In this document: in pieces, positions 25,679-35,544 of the stretch
Position numbering within the stretch: the first letter of the stretch is position 1
Layout: every line of letters starts with the position of its first letter
DNA from: a virus
Taxonomy: Duplodnaviria; Caudoviricetes
IMG/VR virus record: IMGVR_UViG_3300047550_004734
Coordinates: 1-59,048 of that record
DNA: 59,048 nucleotides
Reading direction: 5' to 3' (one strand)
The notes under the pieces: model-generated
What the model saw: the letters and a program-made list of their open reading frames with translations, nothing else
The model's database searches: none
Told to the model about the DNA's origin: nothing
Position numbers and translations under genes: made by a program

Positions 25679-27391
25679 TTATTTTGATATTCTACTAAAT
25701 CCTTTAATTTTTTCAAACTTTATAACACTTTCAAATTTATCCTCTAATCCAGTTTTGTGAGATATTACAAAAATATTTGCATCCTTGATTACATAACGAA
25801 TAATTTTCAAAAACTCTTCGGTCCCAAATCCATCCAGTGAGCTATCAAATACCTCATCCATAATCAAAAGATTTGTATTTATTGAGTTCTTAAATCCTGC
25901 AACTTCTCTCCACGTAAAAAGTAAAGCAAGATCAATTCTCATTTTTTCACCTTCACTGAAAGAAGCATAAGAAAAATCTTCATGAATAGGTGACTGAACG
26001 GTTTCGTTAAATTCCTCATCAAGAGTAAAATTAATATAAAATCCCATCATCTGCAAATAACGATTAACTTGCTGATTAATGAGAGGCAAATACTTTTTAA
26101 TGATTTTGGTTTTTACTCCACCGTCTTTAAGCAAACTATACGAAAAATCGTAGTAGTTAATTAGATCTTTTTTAGAAGCGAGTTCGTTGTATGTAATTTT
26201 TAAGTTGTCTTTAAATTCCTCTAATTTCTCATGTTCAGTATTTCGGTTTTCAAGTTGTTTGGTAATAGTTTGAATTTCAGATTCAAGATCTCTGATTTGT
26301 CTCTGACATCCAGAGATCTTAGTATTGTTTTGAGAAATGTCATTTGTGAGTTTTGAAATCTCCTTAGAGAGAGTGAGGAATTGACGCTCTCGCTTTTCTT
26401 CTTCTTTAATTGCCTCCTCTAGTTCTCTATAACCAGATTGCAACTCCTTTGCTTTATTTTGAGCGTCACTAATTTTATTTATCCTAAACTCGTCTTCAAT
26501 TTCTTGTGTGCAAGTAGGACAAACCGTATTCTCAATAAAAAACTTATGCTCTTTAGTAATTGTAGATACTTTTTGGGAAATTTTACCTTTTAGATTTCCT
26601 AACTTACGAAGTTTATCAGAGGCACCAAGGTATTCTTCAAGTTCCTTTTGAAGTCCATAAAGTCCTTCCTCTATAACTGCATTATCGAGCATGTAAGTTC
26701 CAGATTCTCGATCAATAGTTTCTATTAAACTTCTTTTGTTTTGAATATTTTCTTTTCCACGATTCTCAAGTTCTTCAATAAACTCTTGTTGCATCTTGAG
26801 TTTTTCAGCAAGAGATTGCTTTTTAAGGTCAAGAACTTTAATTTCTTCTTTCGCTTGTCTGATTTTTTCCTTAATGACAATATTCATAGAAGAGAAAATC
26901 TTAATATCAAGAAGATCTTCAATTACTTCTCGACGATGTGCAGTAGAAAGTTGCATAAAAGGTATAAAAGTGCTTGAACCCAAAATAACTATTTGAGTAA
27001 AAGATTTATAGTTCATCTTTAGAACGTTCTGTTCCAACCATTTTTGCTGATCTAATATGGAAGCAGATTGGTCCAGAGCAGAACCATTTTTCCATACCTC
27101 AAACAAAGAAGGTTTAATTCCCCTTATAACTTTCCATTCAGTATTTCCAATATTAAACTCTACTTCAACTCTACAATCTTTTTCATTTACCGAATTAATA
27201 AGTTGAGGTTTATTAATTTTACGAAATGGTTTCCCAAATAATGTAAATGTCAAAGCATCAAGAACTGTACTTTTGCCTGCACCATTATCACCAATTATCA
27301 GATTAGTTTTATTTTTTATAAAATCAATCTCAGTTTCGTGCTGTCCAGTTGAAAGAAAATTACGCCATCTAATTTTTTTAAATAAAATCAT
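25679..27391 (-). CDS. gp46: recombination endonuclease ATPase subunit (Rad50/SbcC-like)
   Basis: GDNGAGKS, Zn hook CPTC, FSEGEK, LIMDEVFDSSLD. Confidence 0.97.
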   Translation of the reverse strand: MILFKKIRWRNFLSTGQHETEIDFIKNKTNLIIGDNGAGKSTVLDALTFTLFGKPFRKINKPQLINSVNEKDCRVEVEFNIGNTEWKVIRGIKPSLFEVWKNGSALDQSASILDQQKWLEQNVLKMNYKSFTQIVILGSSTFIPFMQLSTAHRREVIEDLLDIKIFSSMNIVIKEKIRQAKEEIKVLDLKKQSLAEKLKMQQEFIEELENRGKENIQNKRSLIETIDRESGTYMLDNAVIEEGLYGLQKELEEYLGASDKLRKLGNLKGKISQKVSTITKEHKFFIENTVCPTCTQEIEDEFRINKISDAQNKAKELQSGYRELEEAIKEEEKRERQFLTLSKEISKLTNDISQNNTKISGCQRQIRDLESEIQTITKQLENRNTEHEKLEEFKDNLKITYNELASKKDLINYYDFSYSLLKDGGVKTKIIKKYLPLINQQVNRYLQMMGFYINFTLDEEFNETVQSPIHEDFSYASFSEGEKMRIDLALLFTWREVAGFKNSINTNLLIMDEVFDSSLDGFGTEEFLKIIRYVIKDANIFVISHKTGLEDKFESVIKFEKIKGFSRISK

Positions 27392-27653
27392 AATCAGAAT
27401 TATTTGGAGGAACTACTATATCATTTGGAGTAATAACTACATATTGATATCCATGCATTTCACAAGTTTTTATCATAACTTCGTCTTCAATTTCAATAAT
27501 ATGCATTTCTGGATATCCATCTTCCTCTAGCATCATAGCATATCTGGTGGCATCATCTTCTTCTTGAAAAAGATACAAAATATGTTCTCCATCATCATTA
27601 ATTACTGAATATGCACCTTCTGTTTCCCTACCATTAATTGTTAAAATAAACAT
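27378..27653 (-). CDS. conserved hypothetical protein
   Basis: 91 aa, coupled between gp47 and gp46. Confidence 0.85.
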   Translation of the reverse strand: MFILTINGRETEGAYSVINDDGEHILYLFQEEDDATRYAMMLEEDGYPEMHIIEIEDEVMIKTCEMHGYQYVVITPNDIVVPPNNSDYDFI

Positions 27654-28687
27654 TAAGATATCTCACAAGCTTCTTGATATATTTCTTGTATCATTTTTTG
27701 AATTCTTGTTTTATCAAGATTAATTTCTGCCTCCTGAATATATCTATTCAAGATAGAAATAGTATCTTCACTTTCAAGTGCTTCAAATTGCAAAGGTTCC
27801 TGAATATCAAAATTTTCAATAATATTAATCTCAGAAATATTTGAAGAGTAAAGTTTATCAATAAACTTTTCAAACTTTTCAGTATCTGTCTTTTTACGAA
27901 CAATAACTTTTACAATTTTGTTCTCATATTCACGAGTATCAAATGTCTGATAGTTTGTATCCTCATAGTAAATGTTGTAAAACATCTTATAAGGATTGTT
28001 GATGTAAGTATGATCTAATGTTTCAGTGTCAAAAATGGCAAATCCACGAGTATCATTTACATCCGTCCAATAAATCTCATAAGGATTTCCCGTATAGAAT
28101 ACAGTTCCATTATCAGAACGAGTGTGGTAATGACCAGAAAATACCTTTTTGAAGTTTGAAAAAATATTTGCTTCCAGTCCATGTTCCATAATGATCTGAC
28201 GATTTGCACGAAAACCCTGACACTCAAGATGACCCATTGCAATTTTTACCTTAGTCTTTTTAATCATCTTAAGTGATTTTTCTTCATTCTCCATACAAAT
28301 CCAAGGAAGAAGAAGAACATCAAGATTTCCAACTCTGATTTCTATTGGAGAGGAATATGTTTGAATATTTGGATAATCCTTTAGCAGAAGTTGAGGAGAG
28401 TTTGTATTGTTAGTATTCTTATAGTAACTATCATGATTACCAACAATCATATGAACCTCATAGGCTTTAAGAGGTTCAAATACAACTCTTTTTGCCCACT
28501 CTAAACTTTGATAATCAATTGATTTACGACTATCAAAAGCATCACCCATATGAATGACTGTACTAATCCCGTACTGTTCCAGCGTCGGGAAAAACACATT
28601 CTTGTAGAAAAGTTCAAAATAGTCATGAAAAAGTTTTGAACCTTTTCGGGCGCCAAAATGACTGTCTGTTAAAATAGCCACTTTCAT
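27653..28687 (-). CDS. gp47: recombination endonuclease nuclease subunit (Mre11/SbcD-like)
   Basis: DSHFG, HMGDAFD, GNHD, GHLE, SGHYH. Confidence 0.97.
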   Translation of the reverse strand: MKVAILTDSHFGARKGSKLFHDYFELFYKNVFFPTLEQYGISTVIHMGDAFDSRKSIDYQSLEWAKRVVFEPLKAYEVHMIVGNHDSYYKNTNNTNSPQLLLKDYPNIQTYSSPIEIRVGNLDVLLLPWICMENEEKSLKMIKKTKVKIAMGHLECQGFRANRQIIMEHGLEANIFSNFKKVFSGHYHTRSDNGTVFYTGNPYEIYWTDVNDTRGFAIFDTETLDHTYINNPYKMFYNIYYEDTNYQTFDTREYENKIVKVIVRKKTDTEKFEKFIDKLYSSNISEINIIENFDIQEPLQFEALESEDTISILNRYIQEAEINLDKTRIQKMIQEIYQEACEIS

Positions 28688-29214
28688 AATAATTTGTTTC
28701 CTTTACGAATATTTTCGATAGCGGTCAAAATTTGTAAATTATCAGGATGATGTTTTCCGCCTTTTGATATTGGGTGAATATGGTCTACGTGATGAAGAAT
28801 ACCCGTTTCCTCCGTAATTCTAGCACATTCTTTGTAAAAGAGCAATATCTTTTCATACTCTTCGTTAGTTAAAATTGGTGCATCTCCAAACTTTTTAGTT
28901 CTATACCTATAGGTTTTATTATTGACTTTTTCTTTAGTCCTATAAGGTTTCATTAACTCTTTATTATTAAGTTTTTTTAAACCTTTTTCTTTAATGCATG
29001 GAGCACATGACCAATTACTAACATACTTTTCATAACTACCGCATTTTTTACAAGCAGTAGAACCAATATAAGTTTTTTTTCCTTCCTTAATTGCTTCTTC
29101 ACGAGCAGCACTTTTTTGAGTGTATCCTCTTTTCTTTGCTGCTTCTATATTTTTGAGTAAATTCTCTGCTTTTATTTTCTTTCGTTCTTCGGGAGTATAT
29201 TTTGCTTTGGTCAT
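28684..29214 (-). CDS. free-standing HNH homing endonuclease
   Basis: CKKCG..CAPC Zn finger; C-terminal HHVDHIHPISKGGKHHPDNLQILTAIENIRK. Start 29214 lies below a late promoter. Confidence 0.88.
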   Translation of the reverse strand: MTKAKYTPEERKKIKAENLLKNIEAAKKRGYTQKSAAREEAIKEGKKTYIGSTACKKCGSYEKYVSNWSCAPCIKEKGLKKLNNKELMKPYRTKEKVNNKTYRYRTKKFGDAPILTNEEYEKILLFYKECARITEETGILHHVDHIHPISKGGKHHPDNLQILTAIENIRKGNKLL

Positions 29215-29274
29215 GCTTCTTCTAATTCCAAAAATAATAAAATATTTATAACACTTTGGAATTAGAAGAAGCAT
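29213..29274 (-). promoter_or_regulatory. 20-bp perfect inverted repeat with a late promoter in the loop
   Basis: atgcttcttctaattccaaa (29213-29232) and tttggaattagaagaagcat (29255-29274); TATAAATA at 29250-29243. Confidence 0.88.
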
Positions 29275-29771
29275 TAGTACCTTATCTTACTATGGATATT
29301 ATCCTTAATACTATTGTAATCGGAATAGTTGCTTCCGTCAACCGTATTATCGTCCCCGAACACTTCCGAATATCCAGAGCGTTCAAGGATTTTATTTTTA
29401 ATTTCCATTTGACGCTTTTCTCTTTGAATGCGGCGAAGAAAAGCGTAGTGAATAATTTGAGTAAAGTATGCAAAAGGATTTTGTGACTTCTCTGGATTAA
29501 AATTGTGAATATATTGTACACAATTTTCAATACCGTCAGAAATCATATCTTCCTTAAACATATAATTCACGAAGTTTGGTTTAAAGGAAAGATGATTTGC
29601 AATCTTCAGAAAACACTCTCCAATGTACCTAGGAATAGGAGGTTTTGGTTTTCCTTGAATTTCTGCAATTTCTTTATCTTCGCGGTACTTAATTAGAGCG
29701 GCAAGAAACTCTTTATTGTTGACGTAATGCTCTGACCTTTTTCTTTTGGTCATGACTGCTGTTGTTATCAT
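29274..29771 (-). CDS. gp55: sigma factor for late transcription
   Basis: HYVNNKEFL..IGECFLKIA..PNFVNY..MISDGIENC..NPFAYFTQI. Confidence 0.97.
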   Translation of the reverse strand: MITTAVMTKRKRSEHYVNNKEFLAALIKYREDKEIAEIQGKPKPPIPRYIGECFLKIANHLSFKPNFVNYMFKEDMISDGIENCVQYIHNFNPEKSQNPFAYFTQIIHYAFLRRIQREKRQMEIKNKILERSGYSEVFGDDNTVDGSNYSDYNSIKDNIHSKIRY

Positions 29772-29796
29772 AAGTTTTTATCATTATTATGTAGAG

Positions 29797-29825
29797 ATTA
29801 TAACACTTTCAAATATAGTTGACAA
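29797..29825 (-). promoter_or_regulatory. sigma70-type promoter for gp55
   Basis: TTGTCA (29825-29820), 17 nt, TATAAT (29802-29797). Confidence 0.75.
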
Positions 29826-29847
29826 GGTATTTCAAACTCTGTATAAT
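29819..29847 (+). promoter_or_regulatory. consensus sigma70 promoter in antisense orientation
   Basis: TTGACA (29819-29824), 17 nt, TATAAT (29842-29847); no plus-strand ORF follows. Confidence 0.7.
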
Positions 29848-29873
29848 AACCTTTGTGAGGGTTGAAAGCAATA

Positions 29874-30266
29874 TTAGCTATTCTTATAAAGCTTTTCTAA
29901 TATTTCTTTAGCATCATTAACATTAGCAATATATCCCATTCTTCTATTAATTTTAGGTTGATTTGTCCTATCTCTACTAGAATGTCTAACAAATGATTGG
30001 TACATCATTATCATTTCAATATCAAAAGATTCTGATATTGTTAAAACATCATTAAAATTTATAATGAACATATCTTCAGTTGTAGTTTTTAACCATGGTT
30101 CTAATTTGTACCCAACTACATCCACTCTATTTTTAATTTGGGTAATTACAACCGGATTAGATATTATTAACATAGTTCTTTCTTCTTCCTCAGAAGCAGC
30201 AACTTTTGCAAATATCTCCTCTCCTGTTTTTAATTTAAGCGTTGCATAAAAATCTTCTTCTATCAT
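29874..30266 (-). CDS. conserved hypothetical protein
   Basis: FYATLKLKTGEEIFAKV..EPWLK..MGYIANV; lies between uvsW and gp55. Confidence 0.85.
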   Translation of the reverse strand: MIEEDFYATLKLKTGEEIFAKVAASEEEERTMLIISNPVVITQIKNRVDVVGYKLEPWLKTTTEDMFIINFNDVLTISESFDIEMIMMYQSFVRHSSRDRTNQPKINRRMGYIANVNDAKEILEKLYKNS

Positions 30267-31729
30267 TTGTTCTTAAAAGGTACAGTTATAATTTCATAAT
30301 TGAAACTTTCTTCATTATAAATTTTTATTCTTTCGATTAAATGATTTAAAGTATAATTTTTTCTTGAGTTGTAAGTACAATCATCAGAAATATCGTAAAG
30401 TATTGCTTTTGTTTTATTTTTTCCTTTTCTTAAAACTCTTCCTATACTTTGTAGATTTCTAATTCTTGATTTACTTGGAGAAGCAAAAATTACATTATGT
30501 AGATTTTTAATATTAATTCCTGTACTGAAAGTTCCGTAAGAGGCAACAATTATAGCATTGTTTTCTCTTTCAGTAATTTCTCGTACTATTTCTCTTTCTT
30601 CAACATCAATTCCACCATGAATAAAAAATACTTTACGTTCATTTCGCTTAAGATTATTTATCTTTTCATATAAAACTGCACCATGAGTTTCAACTCTTGA
30701 ATATAGTACAAGAGTATTTCCTTTTAAATCTAATGATAAGTTTGTAATAAATTTATTTCGTTGTTCGTGATGAATTAAATATTGAATTTCGTCTTCATAA
30801 GTTTCAAATCTTTTAGGGGAATGTTTAAGAACAATGCAACGAATATCTAATTGCGAAATATGTCCTTGCTCCATTAATTCATAAGTTCTTGTAACTTTAT
30901 ATGATGGACCAAACAATCCTTCTAGAACCCATTTATGAGTTTGAGTTCCATCTAAAGTTCCTGTAAATCCATACCTATATTTTGCATGATGAAGTTTAGT
31001 CATAATTTCGACTAAAGATTTACTTTTAAATAAATGAGCTTCATCTCCAATAACTACACCATAATCCTCAAAGAATGAACGTTCTAATTTATAAATAGAC
31101 TGCCATGTAGTGATGGTAACTGCATGTTCATTTGTTTTTTCTCTGCCAGAATAGATTCTGTGACAATATGACTCAGCATCCCAACCATAATCTTGGAAAT
31201 CCTTGTACATCTGCTCTACAAGAGATGTCGTTGGAACAACTAAAAGAATTTTTTGCCCTTTGTCTACATAATATCTTACTAGAGAATAGATCATCAGCGA
31301 TTTGCCAGATGCAGTGGGGCTTATCAATAGTTTTCTATTATGCTTTAATGCATCATAAACTCCCTCTATTTGATATTGGCGAGGAGAGTGTGAGCAAATA
31401 GAAGTCATATAGTCTTTAACACCTTCATAAGATATACACTCATCTACTTCAAAAGGCAATCCATAGAATTTGTTTTCTTTAAACTCATAAGTATAATTAT
31501 GAAGAGTAAGTTTGTCTATGACTTTATCTAATAGACCAACGTATATTTCTCCAGTGTGAGTGCTTAGTAGTCGAATTTTTCCATCCCAGTGTTTGCTTCT
31601 ATACTGGGACATGAATTTTGCGGATTCTACTTCAAATGTAAAATATGGTTGAAGTTCATATAGAATATGAGATTCACAATGTAGTTTAATGAAAACCTCA
31701 TTCTTTTTTTCAATGATTACATCATTCAT
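30263..31729 (-). CDS. uvsW: SF2 RNA-DNA/DNA helicase
   Basis: SPTASGKS, GDEAH, FTGT, FSTGINI, QSIGRVLR. Confidence 0.97.
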   Translation of the reverse strand: MNDVIIEKKNEVFIKLHCESHILYELQPYFTFEVESAKFMSQYRSKHWDGKIRLLSTHTGEIYVGLLDKVIDKLTLHNYTYEFKENKFYGLPFEVDECISYEGVKDYMTSICSHSPRQYQIEGVYDALKHNRKLLISPTASGKSLMIYSLVRYYVDKGQKILLVVPTTSLVEQMYKDFQDYGWDAESYCHRIYSGREKTNEHAVTITTWQSIYKLERSFFEDYGVVIGDEAHLFKSKSLVEIMTKLHHAKYRYGFTGTLDGTQTHKWVLEGLFGPSYKVTRTYELMEQGHISQLDIRCIVLKHSPKRFETYEDEIQYLIHHEQRNKFITNLSLDLKGNTLVLYSRVETHGAVLYEKINNLKRNERKVFFIHGGIDVEEREIVREITERENNAIIVASYGTFSTGINIKNLHNVIFASPSKSRIRNLQSIGRVLRKGKNKTKAILYDISDDCTYNSRKNYTLNHLIERIKIYNEESFNYEIITVPFKNK

Positions 31730-31756
31730 AACATTATAATTGCTATGAATATTTAT

Positions 31757-32194
31757 TTACCCTAATCCTGACTGAAAACGAATAAACTCAACCGCATTTT
31801 TAATTTGATATGTTCTATTTGCAATCATTTTTAAAATACTATCAAGATAATTTAGCATAGTGTCATAATATTCTACCTTCAAAGATGATTGTGATAGTTG
31901 AACATCAGAATCAAGATATCCTTGTAAAGTTTCTTTATCTCTAATTTTTTTAGGAAAGGGATTTTCTAAATAAACGTCCGGATCTGCTTTTCCAGTAAAA
32001 TACTCATATTTTTCTTGTCTTATTTTTTTCTTTTGTTGCTCCGCTTTCTTTTTTAATAAAATAATTGTATTATATAAATCAAAATATTTTGCATGTAATA
32101 CTGAAATATTTAAAGATTCTACGTGAAGATTATCCATATCCATCTTAGAATCATTTTCCCACATTTTTTGTATGCTATCTAAATCAATACCCAT
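31757..32194 (-). CDS. uvsY: recombination mediator protein
   Basis: MWENDSKMD..LHAKY..NRTYQIKNAVEF; position between gp3 and uvsW. Confidence 0.9.
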   Translation of the reverse strand: MGIDLDSIQKMWENDSKMDMDNLHVESLNISVLHAKYFDLYNTIILLKKKAEQQKKKIRQEKYEYFTGKADPDVYLENPFPKKIRDKETLQGYLDSDVQLSQSSLKVEYYDTMLNYLDSILKMIANRTYQIKNAVEFIRFQSGLG

Positions 32195-32741
32195 ATAACG
32201 GTTTTCCCGACAAGTCAACAATATCGTAAATAGTATACTTGAAATTCACTTCTGCTGTAAAGTATTGAATGTCAGTATCTGTAGCATCAAATGTTAAAGT
32301 TGTTAATGTATATGGAAATAAATTTTTAAAAACTACTTGAAAATTTGGTATTTGACTACTTGTTAAAACTTGTAATGTTCCATCTGAGTATATATTTTGT
32401 GCTGTTCTCCCATAATACCTTTGCAATGTACCTTGCTCCTCTAATTTTGCAAATTGAGACAACTCTTCAGGAAATCCTAGTCCTCTAATCCAATTTTGAA
32501 TTGCCATATAGTTTTCTAAGTTTTCGTCAACTAAAAATCTTATATTCAAATCACCAAATTCAATGACATCACCTGTAGTTGGTATCATTTTTAAATATGA
32601 TGGCTGAACTGCAACACCTAAGTTTAAATCTGGAATATTTGCTCGATTGCAAAAAAAAGCAACTTTAGGTTCTCTTGCTAAGGTAAATTTAAATCCAGTT
32701 GGCTCTAGAAAATTTCTATTTTCTATTTGTCCTTTAGTCAT
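32184..32741 (-). CDS. gp3: tail completion / sheath stabiliser protein
   Basis: NFLEPTGFKF..FFC..ANIP..FLVDENLENY..W..SDGTL. Confidence 0.88.
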   Translation of the reverse strand: MTKGQIENRNFLEPTGFKFTLAREPKVAFFCNRANIPDLNLGVAVQPSYLKMIPTTGDVIEFGDLNIRFLVDENLENYMAIQNWIRGLGFPEELSQFAKLEEQGTLQRYYGRTAQNIYSDGTLQVLTSSQIPNFQVVFKNLFPYTLTTLTFDATDTDIQYFTAEVNFKYTIYDIVDLSGKPLYGY

Positions 32742-32762
32742 ATCTTTTTTAAGTATTTAGAT

Positions 32763-32785
32763 AAAAAAAGGGTCCCGAAGGACCC
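32763..32785 (-). terminator. intrinsic terminator after the major capsid gene
   Basis: GGGTCC-TTCG-GGACCC followed by a T run. Confidence 0.9.
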
Positions 32786-32808
32786 TCAGAAACTTTATGA
32801 GTAATGAC

Positions 32809-34242
32809 TCACATGAGGTTCTTAACAGCAACTCTTCTGTAGTAGCGGTTCTTGTTGACTTCGAGACGACCAAGAGCAGTAGCAGCGCCTGATTCGACAC
32901 TACCTTCAGCAAATGGGTTAGCAACGATTCCATAACGAGTCTTGAATCCAATCTTAGGCTGGAAGCTGTTCTCACCAACGGCACGTACCATTTGGAGAGG
33001 AACATAAGGACAATAGAAGAGTCCAGCGTCATAAGGGGAAGAACCCTTATAACCAACAACATAATACTGGTTTCCAGGAGAAGCATTACCTGTAGTCAGG
33101 TTAGATGCATAAGGATCAATATATACGCGGAATTTGCCCATCAGAGTACCAGCAAAAGTATTGCCAGTATCATCGACTGTGAGGTTAGCGTTAAGGGCAG
33201 GAGTGTAGTCAAGAACACCGGCCATGGTCAGTGCTGAAGCAACGTCAGCAGAGCACATGATGATGTTGCCCTTTCCTCTACGAGTTCTCTGAGCAATAGC
33301 GTTAGCGTCGCGTTCGATTTGGAACAGAAGACCCTTGAACTTCTCAACAGACCAACGACCATTAGAGTCGATGTCGAGATCGAAGATACCGGGAGTTGCA
33401 ACGTTTTGTACAGCACCTTGTTCAGCAACCTTGTAGATGGTTCTGATAACTTCGCGGTTGATCTCAGCAAGAATCTCAGTTGAAAGAATGTTTGCGAGTT
33501 CCGCTTCAGCATTCAGACCATGAATTGCCTTCAGGTCCTGGGCAAGCTCAAGGCTGTACTCTGCTTTCAGAGCGCGTGACTTTGCAGTAACAGTGACTTT
33601 CTCAATTGAGAATGCCATCTGATTGAATTCACTTCCACCATATCCAAGATTTTCTGACTCATGGGTGTACATACCCTGACCTACATTGTAGGTTCCTGTA
33701 CCGGGAGTTGGGTTTAGAACAGATGGATTTGCTCCACTCTGAGCAGTAGTACCCATACCAGAAGCTGCATTAGTAAACGCAGTGTGTCCAAATCCTGCAT
33801 TCTGTCCAGAGAAAGCAGTATCTACTTCATCGAAGAAGGTTTCTTTGCCATTCTGATCAGTATAACGAGAACGCATTGCAAAGATAAGTCCTGTAGGACC
33901 ACTCATTGGTTGAACGCCAGCGAGGTCATAAGCGACCAAGTTAGGCATTGAACGACGAATGAGGGAAATCAGGACAGGATCAAAACCAGCAGTAGGACCA
34001 CCTGCAGCAGCTCCGCCACTAAAACCAGCTGCGCTTGAAGTTGAATTGGTCCAATTAGTTGGTGATTCCATCAGGTTGCCAATGCCACCTGAATTAAATG
34101 CTGATTCTTCTCTTAAAAATTTTTCTTGGTTTTCGAGCAGGACAGCGGTTACAGCTCTACGATGAGAATCTCTGATAGGATCAAGACCCTGATAGTCTAA
34201 AAGAGGTGCCCACTTTTCCTGCAGATGTTCTGAATGAAACAT
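32809..34242 (-). CDS. gp23: major capsid protein
   Basis: EKWAPLL, FDPVLISLIRR, GVQPMSGPTGLIFAMR, SRALKAEYSLELAQDLKAIHG, FYCPYVPL. Confidence 0.99.
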   Translation of the reverse strand: MFHSEHLQEKWAPLLDYQGLDPIRDSHRRAVTAVLLENQEKFLREESAFNSGGIGNLMESPTNWTNSTSSAAGFSGGAAAGGPTAGFDPVLISLIRRSMPNLVAYDLAGVQPMSGPTGLIFAMRSRYTDQNGKETFFDEVDTAFSGQNAGFGHTAFTNAASGMGTTAQSGANPSVLNPTPGTGTYNVGQGMYTHESENLGYGGSEFNQMAFSIEKVTVTAKSRALKAEYSLELAQDLKAIHGLNAEAELANILSTEILAEINREVIRTIYKVAEQGAVQNVATPGIFDLDIDSNGRWSVEKFKGLLFQIERDANAIAQRTRRGKGNIIMCSADVASALTMAGVLDYTPALNANLTVDDTGNTFAGTLMGKFRVYIDPYASNLTTGNASPGNQYYVVGYKGSSPYDAGLFYCPYVPLQMVRAVGENSFQPKIGFKTRYGIVANPFAEGSVESGAATALGRLEVNKNRYYRRVAVKNLM

Positions 34243-34303
34243 TTGCTTTTTACCTTTTACTAAGTGTTTGTTTTTTGTTTTGTTTGAATTATGTTAAATT
34301 CAA

Positions 34304-35488
34304 TTATTTGCTGAATGCTGAAAGAGTTTTCAGATATGCAGCCATTGAATCTGAATAAGTTTCAGGAGCAACATCTACACCTTCTGAAAGGGTTTCAGTT
34401 TTAGCTGATGGAGAAACTACTCTTGATGGGAAATATGATTCCCTCAAAGTCTCCAGTTTTTCACGATATTCTTCTTCACTTTCAAACTCAACACTTTCGG
34501 CAAGTGAAGCGAGCTTATCTTTCTGTGTGTCTGCAAGACCATCAGAAACTTGTTCAAAGATTCCATCAGCAACCGACTCTGCGAGACGCTTGTTGAGTGA
34601 AACATTCTTCTCAATTTGCTCGTTGAGTTTTGTCTCCATTTCATCAAGTTTTTCTACCATACTCTCAAGCACATCATATTTATCTTCAGGGATTGATACA
34701 TAATGTTCTTCAAAAAGACCTCTCATTCCTGTGAGGAATGATTCAGTCATTTCGGTCTTAAGACCTTGTTCAACTGCTAGTGCATTTTCTTGAATCCACT
34801 CGTCAGCAACATACTCAAGATATGCATCTACACGCTCTGCAAGTTCAGTTTTAATTTCTTCAACTTCTTCTGCAAGTGCTTGTGCATATTGCTCTTCTAA
34901 AGATTCTTTAATTTCAAAAACTTTAGAGCGAAGAGCAGCTTCAAAAATTGTTCTAGCTTTTTCTTGGAATTCCTCGGAAAGTTCTTCTCCCTCAAGGAGA
35001 GCATTTACATCTTCCTCAATATCAAAGTACTCTTTTACATCTTTTTTGTCATCTTCATCATCTTCATCATCTTCATCATCTTCTTCGTCTTCGTCTTCGT
35101 CTTCTTCATCTTCTTTTTTTGAAGCTTCTACTAAATCTTCATCTTCTTCAATTTCTTCTTCGCTTTCTTCTTCAATCAAATCTTCATCATCGAGTTCCTC
35201 TTCTTCTTTACGAAGACTTTTCATTGAATCAGCACTTTTAGCACCCTTATTCACAACATCTTTAACTTGCTTAAGAGTTGCTCCAGGGGTTTTAAGTTTA
35301 GCTGAATCATCTGTTGATCGATAGTTTTCTGGGGTTGGTCCACCCAAATCTTCCCATCCACCACTCTGACCATCAGGAATTCCTGTAGTTAATTTTGGCA
35401 TCGCTTCCGCAGCTTTTGCATTAGCATTAACGGCGGTTTTGGATTGCTTTGTGCCTACTTCCATTTCTTGTAAATCTCCACGAGACAT
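34304..35488 (-). CDS. gp22: prohead core scaffold protein
   Basis: Acidic; LSEEFQEKARTIFEAA, VDAYLEYVADEW; directly upstream of gp23. Confidence 0.93.
   Translation of the reverse strand: MSRGDLQEMEVGTKQSKTAVNANAKAAEAMPKLTTGIPDGQSGGWEDLGGPTPENYRSTDDSAKLKTPGATLKQVKDVVNKGAKSADSMKSLRKEEEELDDEDLIEEESEEEIEEDEDLVEASKKEDEEDEDEDEEDDEDDEDDEDDKKDVKEYFDIEEDVNALLEGEELSEEFQEKARTIFEAALRSKVFEIKESLEEQYAQALAEEVEEIKTELAERVDAYLEYVADEWIQENALAVEQGLKTEMTESFLTGMRGLFEEHYVSIPEDKYDVLESMVEKLDEMETKLNEQIEKNVSLNKRLAESVADGIFEQVSDGLADTQKDKLASLAESVEFESEEEYREKLETLRESYFPSRVVSPSAKTETLSEGVDVAPETYSDSMAAYLKTLSAFSK
35048..35115. repeat. GAN-triplet low-complexity tract encoding an Asp/Glu run in gp22
   Basis: (tcatct/tcgtct)n repeats. 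Confidence 0.85.
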
Positions 35489-35526
35489 TTGAACTCTCCG
35501 TTTAACCTTTAGTTATAAACTATATT

Positions 35527-35534
35527 TATTTATA
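35527..35534 (-). promoter_or_regulatory. late promoter for gp22-gp23
   Basis: Exact TATAAATA upstream of ATG 35488. Confidence 0.8.
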
Positions 35535-35544
35535 ATTTATTAAA

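Noticed and set aside
35046-35324. Poly-Ser plus-strand ORF and triplet repeat
   Set aside because: It is the reverse complement of the Asp/Glu tract of gp22, not a gene or repeat array.
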